This document shows, piece after piece, positions 40,441 to 52,400 of a DNA stretch of 64,000 bases. How positions within the stretch are numbered: position 1 is the first letter of the stretch; each line of letters opens with the position of its first letter. The notes under the pieces are model-generated. The model made no database searches and had not been told where the DNA came from. It saw only the letters and a program-made list of their open reading frames with translations. The translations under genes and the position numbers were made by a program. Origin of the DNA: a virus; the IMG/VR virus record IMGVR_UViG_3300042516_003202; one strand, written 5' to 3'.

Positions 40441-43400
40441 TTATAAATCAATTTTTGAAAGTGCCCCAGTTGAGCGAAGACCAAATTTTCTCCTTTGTAT
40501 TGTCGGATACGTAGTTAAACCTACTGAAGTTGTATACTCATTCAAATTCACCGAGATGGAATTAATGTTATCTGATCTTTTTAATCCACTAAATCTTCCC
40601 CAAGAAAACTCTCCCTTTTTAGTATTACCAAATGTTGAAATTCCGGTAATATTACTGTTTGACATTATATTGCATGTTATAGAACCTTGTAAATTTAAAT
40701 TAGTAATAGAATGTACGTAATAAATGTTATTGCAATATTCTGTTCCTATGGCAACTTTTTCTGTATTATTTGAATCAATAGAAGTTAATCCAGAACCAAC
40801 AGTTGTATCAAAAACATATATTGGATATCCAACTTTTAATGTATTTGGATCATAATCCTGGTCATATTTTACAAAGAATTTAATTGCAAGGTCAGTGCCT
40901 ATTCCGGAAGTTGTTGTTATACCTGTTATTATTCCCGAAAATCCGTCCACAAAAATAATATCTTTTATTATTTCCTTATTGGCAGTAGGAACTGGAGCAA
41001 TAACCTGAGGTGGATTTGTATGAGTATATCCGAATCCAGGACTTACGATATTTATTGGTGAGGTAATTGTTCCTGCGGACGAAACAGTTGCATAAATTAT
41101 TGCATTTGATCCACCCACACCAACCGAACGAGTTTTAAGTAAAATACTATTTCCAATACCAAGATATCCAGATCCACCATTAATTATTGATATTGAAGAT
41201 ATTGAAGTTGATCCGGTAGATACTACTGCACTGATGGCAGCAGACACTGGATCTTGATTTGCAATAACCAATCCATCAAACGAACGTACTTCATTGCCGA
41301 AATTATTTTCTTCATAATTAAAAAATTGAGCATCATCTACAAATATAAAATTATCCGAAGGCGTAAATGATTTAATTATTTTCGCGGTTGGGAATACTAA
41401 AGGTTCTATAGAATCTCTTTCTTTTGAATAAAATGTTTCGTTTATAATTAAATCTCTTTTTTGAGTTATTAGATTAATTGGTCTTGGATTAATTTGATCA
41501 ACACCATCACCAAGATAAATTCCAGTTTCAAAAATATCTGAAGAAAGTATATAAGAAACTAACCTTGGATCTTGACCAATAGTTTGTGGTATGAGATCAT
41601 TTTTGTTTATTTGAACAGAGTCACCAGGTTTAATAGTTTGTGTAATATCAACCTCAACACTATCTACACCTGAAGTTCCTCTATAAAAGAATATAGAAAT
41701 ATTATCAGAAGGTTTTGGTGCTTCTAAGAATGAAAATGTAGTTCCTCCGGTGAATCTATAAGAAACATCAGGTTCTTGCATAACTCCATTTATGTAAATT
41801 AATAGAACGGAATCAAAATCAATCAGAGAAGAGTCTGGATCAAGTCTATTAATTTCAAAACTTAAGAGTTCACCATTTTTGTATAATGGGAATCTAGTTC
41901 GAATTCCATCTTGTAATTGTTTAATGTTATCAATATAATCAAATTCCCCAACTTGCCACGAAGCAAAGCTATCTGCTTTAATATCAGTTACTGTAAATAA
42001 AATTGGAGTTATTGGTTTTTGCAATCCTTGTGCAGTTGTTAACCCCACAGGTTGGAATATATCTCCAAGTTCAAATCCATATCCAGATTTATTTAATTCA
42101 TAATCTGATATTCTATAGTATGTTGAATTTACCCCAACTTCTATGGATGGACTTACTGAGAAAGTTAAAGAAACGCCAATTCCGCACTTAGTAGTATTAC
42201 CTACAGAAACTTTAGAAACCCCTACAATAGGAAGCCTTTCATACGATGGATCTGGGATAGCAACATATGGATTTACATACCCACTACCACCGCTTACGAT
42301 ATTAAAAGAAGTTACAGTGCCTCCAGAACCAACAAATGCTTTTATATTTGCAGGAGTTCCGTTGTGTAAAGAGTCTGTTATACCGATTGAGATTGTATTA
42401 TAATACCCCGACCCAATAATAGGACCTATATCAAAACCAAAAGTAGTACTAAATGCAACATTATTAGTTGTTGATTTTGAAATAAAAATAGAATTAATTC
42501 CAATTGATGATACTAAAGTGTCATATTGTAAAAATCTAGTTAAGTTTGGAACTATTGGATTTACTAAATTTAAAGTTTGCTCATTCAAAATGTCAATAAC
42601 TTTTTGTCCAACAGAAATGGAAGTAGTAGTAATTCCAGTTATGACATCAGTATTAATTCCTATCATTCCAGTCGTTGCTATACCAACAACGATTGATGTT
42701 GTGAAACCTATAGATCTAATTGATCCACCAGCACCAACTTTTAAATCAATCATTGATGAAGGTATTCCAACTAAAGGTGCATAACCAAGACCTCCAGTAA
42801 ATGCCAATGAAACTAAAATACCACCTCTTGGCAATTCATTTTGATTTACATCATAGTCCACCGTAAATACATCATTTGTATTTGGTATTTTTATGCCAGT
42901 AAATGAAACACTTGATATTCCTGGAGACGAAAGTATTTCGTAATTATTTCCAGTATTATTTTGAGTGTCTGGTGTTTGGAATACATCATTGATGAAAACT
43001 AAATTATTTCCTGGTATAGCGTTTGCAACAGGAACTTCATTTTTATAAAGGGTAAATGTTCTTGCAATTCCCGTAAAATTTTGAGATATGTCATCATATA
43101 TTTGATTTCCAGTATAATCTTTTCTTAAAAATACTCTTCCATTAAATGTTGATTTTGGAGAAGGGAGGTAATTTTCACTTAATACATCATTATTGCCTTT
43201 TCCATCTGGTGCATCAGCAAACCAAATTTTATTGCCAACAATATTATATGCCCCTTTATAAAGTCTAAAGACATCTCCACTAGTATGGAAGGTTTCAGTT
43301 GAACCTAAAGATGCCCTAATAACTTGAACTAGTGGTATTGATCCAATACCAGTTATTGGTCCCTTAACTGTGGTTCCAAATCCAACATTTATAACATTTA

Positions 43401-46400
43401 AATATTCATCCTTCCCCTTTAATATATCTCCAGAATATATTGAACCAATACCAGAAAATCTTATAAATGTTGTTCCCACACCAACACTTTCACTTAAAGT
43501 GTATGTTAAAGATGTATAAGTCAATGGATATTGATTTACACCGTTAACGGTGATCACACTTTTTTCCATTTTTTTAACCATCTCAAATTTATGTAAATTT
43601 CCAGATCCTACATTAGTGAAAGTAAATCCTATTCCAGAACCTCCAGAAACTCCAGTAATTTTGAAAGTATTTCTATCTATTTTTATCGCATAAACTTTTG
43701 ATGGGCATATATCAGTGGTAATTCCAGTCGAATAAGTTTTTCTAAACGTTGTTGCAGTTGATACATTTGATAACGTTAATGCTGGTTTCAAATTATTAGA
43801 ATAATAAAGTCTATCAGAACCGATTGGTATAACAGAAGATGCTGTTATAGAATTAATTCCAATAGAAATAATAGTTCCAAGAGAATTGTTGTTTCCAGAA
43901 TAAATTCCAGATCCAATTTTAAGTATTTCTGTGTTTCCTATTCCTGTAATTACTGTAGAACCTACAGAAGTGACATTACCAATAAAATAAGAATAAGTTT
44001 CACCTATGGATACTATGGTAGTATTACCATTTGAAAAACCCTCTCCAGATATAGAAAAAGATCCAGTAGAAATACCAACAGTAGATGCTAATCCAATTAG
44101 TGTATTAAAACCAACTATAGAATCGGCAATTAAAGTTATTCCACCAACTAAAGTTGATCCTATTCCAACGGGCAATGGTGGGATATTTGATAATGTAGAT
44201 CCTGGTGTATAAATTAACTCCTCACCAGTCTCAAAGAAATGATCTTTTATAGTAAAAACTCCAGTTTCTTTATTTAAAACTGATTCTTTTTTAGGATTAA
44301 ATGATTTTACAAATATAGGTATTCTGTTGTAATTTAAATCAAAATCTAATCTATCTTTTCCAAAGTTATTAATTGAACCATATCTTGATAAGTACTGCCT
44401 TTCTATTGCAGAACCATAAGTCAAAACATCTGGAGGATTAAATTCGTCAATTTCTTTATATAAAATATGATCATATGACTGAATAGTTAATTGACTTGAA
44501 GCAAATTTTGGATCTGGATGGAAATTTATACAAGCAATTGACCCAAATAATGATGCAGAGAAAGTTCCAATTCCATTTGGACTTCCAACACTTATAAATG
44601 GATCACTTTGAAGACTTATTGACAATTCATCACAAATAGTAGTCACTTGATGCATTGCTATTGTTGATCCAACTGAAATCTTTACAATAGATCTAAATCC
44701 AGACTCTAAAGATGAGTCAAATATTTTAATAGATGAAATTCCTACCGTTTTACTGTAATTTGATTCTATTCTAGAGGTACGCTCAGTTTCTTCTAATTGA
44801 TCTTCAACTAAAAATCTATAAGTGCCTATTCCCGATGCAGTTGTTCCAAATCCAACGGATTTTGATTTTATTAAAATATTATTCGTTTTATTATTTGTAA
44901 AATCTAATGTTATTACTCCTGAAGATACATTTAACCCAAAAGTACCAATATGACTTCCAGATGATCCACCTAAAGATTTTTGGTTATCAAAATAAAATTC
45001 TGATATGTGGGTATCAGTTCCGTCATAGCATCCAACAACTTCATAGTAGTTTAGGTTATAATTATCAGTATCTACAACAATTGCTGATGCATAGACTGCA
45101 TTAAATTGTGTTGATAAACCTCTAAAAATTACCGTCGAGACCCCAACTTGAGGTAAAAGTTTATCAGTATTTCCATAAAGGCGAATAAAACCATAATCTT
45201 TAAATCCACTCTGTTTATTATAACTTTCATTAAAATATTCCCTATAAATTTTCAATCTATAGCTAGTTTCATAAGGGTCTGCTGGATTAAATCTTAAAAC
45301 AGGATCTCCAGATAGACTTATTTCTCCATTAAATGTTCCAAGTAATCTTGAGGAATAAACATCACTTTTGTTTAAAGTAAAAGTATTTTTAAAGTCATTA
45401 ATTACAACAACTTCACTTAATTGATATGGGGAATCGGATTCGCGTATTTCTGAAATTTGAATTAAAAACTTTGAATAAAAATCTGTAACTGGGTACGTCA
45501 AAGAATCTAAGAAAACGTCCTTATTAAATTCAGAACTCGAGAAACTATTACTAATATCATCTATTTGTAAAACTCGATTAGTTTTGCATTCAATATAGTC
45601 TGTTAACTTTTTATTTAATAATCTAATATAAGATGATGAATTTGTAGTTGAATCATAATCAAACGCAAGGTCAAAGTTTTTAATAACATCAACTCTTTTT
45701 TCATCATTAAAATCCAATGTTATTGATATTCCTTGAGTAGATCCTATAGATGTTTTGGCAGATGAAGATATTCCAGTGTTTGCAAAGCTTTTAGTTCCTG
45801 CTGGGTGAGCTAAAGTATTTAAGATTGTTGAAAATTTATTATATTCTTTAGAGCTTTTAATTGAATATGCTAAATTTTGATAATAATCATTATCTTGCAA
45901 TACTTGAAGATCATCATCCAATCTTCCAACATTTGTTTTCCATCCAAGATCTGAGGTCAACGAAGAAGAAATTATAAATTCACCATCATATTCAATAATA
46001 TTGCCAACTATACATTTGTTACCAGATACGGATCCTAATATTTCATCTCCTTTTTTGACAAAAAATACATCAGAATTGGTAATAGTTATTGCTTTATACA
46101 ATAAACTTTTAACGGTAATGTCAGTTAAAGTCCCATTAATATATAAAACTTCATTTTCAAAAAATTGTTTAGAATTTTGATTTAATTTAAAAACTGGATA
46201 ATTCTTTTTATTAACCGCAACACTATAAACAGTTTGCGATAATGCTGGGTCACCAGCGTATGAAGTATATGGACTTATATCATATTTTAGTAAAGTATTT
46301 CCTGGAGAATTAATAAATTCAACTACTCTAAAGAAATTATATCCATGATCTGAAGAATTAAATCCGTTTCCTGGAGAAGTTATGTTACCAAATTCATCTT

Positions 46401-49400
46401 CATAACTTCTTTTTTGCAATCCTTCAATAAAAACATAATCTCCAGATTCAAAAGGAGGAGTAGAGAATGCACTTATTCCTGGACTTCTTAATTTACAATG
46501 AACAATTCCATTAGTATATGTGGTAATTCCTGAGATTGAAATTCCATTACTATTGTTTACAGTATATAATTGATGAACAACGTTTTCTAATCCATTAGGT
46601 TTAGAAATAACTTTAACTTCTGAAATAGAACTTGCACTCATTTCAACATCAAATTTTCCAGAATCAATAACTTTTCTGGAAGAAGTATTCAGTAATATTA
46701 AGTTTGGTTTCGAGATATAATTTTTACCACCTTCTATTACTTCAACACGATCTATTTCATCAGCATTTTTTAAAAATAACTGTGTACTAATATCAGCTTT
46801 TGGTCTTAATGTATTATCTGAAACATACGAATAACCTTGACTAGATAAATTTAAAAATTCAAGTTTACCGATTGATTTTGATTTAATATCAAGAACTGCA
46901 TTTTTTCCACCAGTTCTAGATCCAAATATTCCACCAACAGTGCTTGGTGATGTGGATATGCCAGAAATAAAAGGTAAAGATTTATATCCAGATCCTTCAT
47001 TTAATAAAGATATATTTGAAATTGGTCCAATAGAAGTTTTAGAATTTGTCGAATATGAAATAGTTTCACACTCACTCTTTAAATAATAACTTTTTTCTGG
47101 TATTTCTTGTAATGAAATATAAAAATGTGTTCCAGCGACCCCAGATATTTTATAGGTATTGTTATATAAACTATTAATGAATTTTATTTGGTAATCTTGC
47201 TCATTTGTATTGGTAAATATAGATTTTCCATTTTTTGTTAATGAATAGTATAAAGAAACTGGTAAATTTTTATCAAATTTCAGTTTTAAACTTCCATTTA
47301 CACCCACAACTCCATTTTTAGTAATATTGAAAATTGTTGATATTCCGGATGAAACAAAGTTTTTATTAAATTCTTTATCATAAAATAGTTCAAAATCGTA
47401 TCCAGAAAGTGAAGAATCTGAAAGGTTAAATTCTAAGAAATTATTTTTAACTGATAGAATTTGAGAATTTATTTTAGATACATATTGGATATTTCCACCA
47501 CTACTTCCTATAGAAATTAATTTTGGTGGGAAAGATATTGAATCTAAATATGTTTCCGATAATTTAATAGTATTGCTGTCAACAACATAAACGTAATATT
47601 CACCTTTTGATAAATTTTGAATATTGGCGTCTTGAGAATAATAGAATATTTTTTGACCAGTATAAAATCCGTGCGAATTAATTGATATGCTATTATTTAA
47701 AGTACTAACAGAAGTTGAACCAAATCCAACTCTATTTACCAATAACTTATTATACTCAGAATCATATGAAATCTTGAGAGAAGATGAAGTTTCTATTCCA
47801 CCAGAAGAAATATTTGGTACAACATTTAATTTTATAGTATCACCATTAACTAATGTATGGTCTGTTGATATTGATACTTTAGTTTGTATTTTACGAACTG
47901 TTCCAGTTATGTTTTCATATCCGGTTAGTTGTGTTTGAATCTTATAGTCATCATAATCTATACTTCCACCAACTCCAGCACCGATAAAAAATAGACCTGA
48001 AGTTTGTGTAGTTAATCCAACTTGAGTTACAATTCCAATATAATCTTTTGATTTATTAATTACGTAAACTTCTTGGGAGGGTCCCGATAAAGGTAAGTTG
48101 AAAGTGTTTCCTCCAGAAGTATCCTCGGTATTAGAAACACTTATAGGAACACCTAAAGGACTAATTGTTAGTAAAACTTTTTGATTATTTTTTAATCCAT
48201 GATTAGGAATATATATTGATTGAATTGGTATAGAAATTTGATTGGAATAATTTCCAATATTTCTTTGAACATTTGTGATAGTTCCAACATCTGTACCAAA
48301 TCCAACAGATTTTTGAGGATTAAAATAATTAGTTTTTGAAAAAGAAGAATCAAAGAAGTTGGTATTTGTCTTTATTTCAAAAGTATTTGGATAATAAGAA
48401 ATTAATTCCGAAACTGTATGCGAAATTCCAGTTTGTCCTCTTCTTACCTTTATTATATTTTGCTCTTCAAAAACATTTAAGACTAACGCAACTTCAGACC
48501 CTATAGTTATAGAACTACCAATGCTAATATTTTTTGGTATTTCGCTAACATATATGTCTGTTGAAATACCGCTAGATGCGGCAGAGCTCAGAGATTTTGT
48601 AAGTCTAGAATAATACCTATCAACTTTTATGTTATGATCTCCAGTTATATTTTTTAATGAAGTGGATAGACCTATTATTTGAACGTTCGAATTATTATCT
48701 AATTCGTGGTATGGAAGAATTCTTACCGAAACCGTATTAGAGTCTTTCCACACAAATGTAGCATTTTCGTATACTTTATATGAAGTTTCTAAAGATACTA
48801 TGTCATCTTTATTGTAAATTTCGGAAACTATTGCATTTGCCCCAGATCCAGAGGAACCATCATTATCGAAAACTACAATATCACCAATAGCATAATCTTG
48901 CCCAGAATTAACAACATCAATTTTATCAATAACACCTGGTTTGGTTTGTTCTATAGTTGTTATTTGTTTAGAAAATTCATTTAATAATGGTATAAAATCG
49001 CTTTTTGAATATTTTTGCGATACTCTATGTGGAAATGTATTTCTCAGTAAAGTTGTTTCATTAAAATCATCGTTTTGATCTAAAATAAAATCATCAGAAA
49101 CTATAGATCTATAACTATTTCCAATAAAATATGGGAAATTTGGAATTAAATTTGAACTTGATTGTGAAGATGTTACCCCAACATAATACGCATAAGTTCC
49201 GTTTGGAAAATCTGGAGTTACTGCATATCTACCATTACTTTCATCTAAATCTCCAGAATTGGTAAATTTATAATCATCAACAAAATATCCTAGAGGGAAA
49301 TTATTTAAAGAAGGTCTATTTTCAATAAAAGATCCACTTAAAGAATAACCTGTTTTTAATATGACTATTTCAGAGTTTAAGTTTTTGGGATCATTATGAC

Positions 49401-52400
49401 CATATGGACCATATATTGGATATCCATCTCTAGACCATCCTATTATCTTAGAATGACCTTCACGAGTAGATCTAGGCTCATCAAATTGTGTCCCATCTCT
49501 ATTTGTCGAATAACCAACTATTCCATAAGTCATTCCACCTTCACGAGGAGTTAGATATTCATCAGAATATCTAAAATTGTTATTAAGAGTTAAATATCTA
49601 ACTTCTGGGAATAAAATTGCATTTCTTCCTGGAGAATTGATTATTATTTTAGTATTATTTCCATATCCTATACCGCCGTTTATTACGATAACTGAAGTTA
49701 TAGAACCATTTACAACTACAGCACGTAACTTAGCACCAATACCATTTCCAACAACTTGTAAATCTAATGACTTGCTGTAAAGAAGACCTCTAGATTGAAC
49801 TTCAACTTTGACTATTCTGCCATTGATAACAATTGGTTTTAATTGCGCTCCTCTACCTTTTTGAAGAGATATTGTTGGTTTTTTATTAAAGTTCAGAATT
49901 TGGGATCCATAATTAGTACCATTTTCATATACATATACCCCAGAGATTTTACCTCTGACTACTGGTGTTGCTGTTATTATTCCAGTAGATTGTGAATATT
50001 CTGCATCAATATTGATTTTTACTTCTGGATATGAAAATACTTGATATCCAGATCCAGAACTTTCAAACTTAACATATTTTCTTCTTTCATAATTTGACTT
50101 TGAAAATCCAACAGAAATTCCTCCAATTTCAGACAATCTGAAATAATCATCATCCACTTTTAATACATTATATTGTTTATCGGTGGATAAACCACTCATA
50201 TATCCACCAGTTGATGAATATTCGATTATATCACCATCTTTAAATCCATGATTTTTAAAATTAATAGTGTAGTTTTGAGTTGATATTCCAGAAGGTTTTA
50301 CGCGCAAAACTTTATTAGCATATCCTTCTCCACCATCAACTACTCTAATCTGAGATAGAACACGTATAGGGTCATAAAATCTAAATTTATGAATTCCCCC
50401 AGTATTTACTGTAGTAAATCCAACAGTATTAATACCAGAATTCAAATCTGATAATGTGTTGAATAATTTAATAGATTTCGTATTTAAAATTTTTGGATAG
50501 TAAATTGCACCATTAATTAAATATAAATCTTGATCAGTATTAGATAATCCAAAACTTCCGACTCCTAATTGAGGGTTTCCGTTTGAACTATAAACTATTT
50601 TCTTCCCATCAACTAAATCATGATTTTCTAAAAATGTAATTGTTTCTTCCGAAATATTAATTCCACCACCGAATTCATATTGAGCAGCGTTAAACTCTAT
50701 TTCTTTGTATTGGTCAGAAATTATGGGTTCTAAAATTGCCCCCTTTCCATTTCCACCAGAAACTGAAACTGTTATAACTCTTTCAAGAGAAACTTTTTGT
50801 GGATCTACTAAAACTTCCTTTATAGATCCTTCAACGATTAAATTTGCAAGAGCAGTAGTTCCAATACCAACAGTTGGATTTGAAATTATTACTTTTGGAG
50901 GATCAATAACATCATAATCCTCTCCAGAATTTATAACTGAAATGTTGTTAATTGGACCATAATAGATTCTATCATCAGATTTATAATTTATGATAGAAAC
51001 TCCATTAACTAAAACACCAACTTCTCCTGGTTTTGTTTCAATTTTTTTAACATAATCTTCATATTTTTGAGATATTGGGAATTTAATTAATGAATTGGAA
51101 GGAAGTAATTTTTCAGATGTTTGAGAACGTAAAGTAAAAGTATGAGTTCCCAAATTTTCATTAATTTCTAATTCTATGTTATCTCCAGTGGAAAGGAAAG
51201 ATCTTGATGAATATAGTTTAATTTTATTTTTTTGATCTAAAACTTCAACATAATACACTGCATTATTACTTAATCCACTTATTGGAGTTGTAGTTGTATG
51301 TGTATATACTACTTCATCGCCAGTAATGAATGGAACCTCATTATCAAATGAAAGTGTAGAATACTTTCTTGTTACTGCATTTAATCCACCAAATACATTA
51401 TTAACATCAGACAGTTGACTTATAGTTTTTGATATTTTTTTAATTTTAGTTGTTATATTATATGAAGGCAAAGAATTTGACGATACATAAATGAAATCGT
51501 TATTTTCTACATAAGTATTTTGAACGTCTGATAATATTTTTGAATATGTTAAAGGTATGTTAGAACTAGATGCGTACTTATAATTTCTTCTTATACTTAA
51601 TTTTTGATTAAGAGGAGAATTTTGTATTTCAGTATCTAATTGGACAATATTACTATTAATATTTTGGACTAAAACATTTTCTAATATAATATCTTCAGAA
51701 TTTTGCTTTAAAATATCTACATAATCCCCATTTTTTAAGCTACTTTTATCTGGAGATTCATATAAGACTATTTGCGAGCTTCCATTAGAATACGACTGGA
51801 TTTCGTATCTAGATTTAACGTTGTAAACCCAAGAATTAAAAAGTTTTTGTTTAAAAGATCTTTCAGATAAGGGGTTTAATATTTTATCCCCATAATTTTT
51901 TACACTAATTGTTTCACCTTCTCTAAAAAGATTTAAATTATCTACTTTTGAGATATTAGATAATGATCCAGTAACTATAAATTCAATTTTTTTATTGATA
52001 TCTCCATTTTCATAACCATAAATTACATCAGAATTAAAATATAAATCTGAAGAACATGGAATACTTGAAGTTATTCCAGTGCATCCAAAAAATTGAGTTA
52101 AATTTTTATTAGTATATGATATTTGTTGAGAATTTGATATAAAAGTTCCTGTTTTACCAAATCCAACAGTAGAGTCGACATTTATAATTGAAGATCCTAC
52201 AGAAACAGTTTCAGTTATTTTTGTTTTTGGGGTAATTTTGAAGTTTCCATCCGTTAAATCAGAATCATCATACCCATAAAATAGTTCTATTCTGTAGAGA
52301 GCTTTATTATTTCTTGTTAAAATATCAACTCTGGAGACTGGACCAGAATATAGTTGATTATTTGATCTTATTTCTTGTCCAATTAAATTTTCAGGGTTAC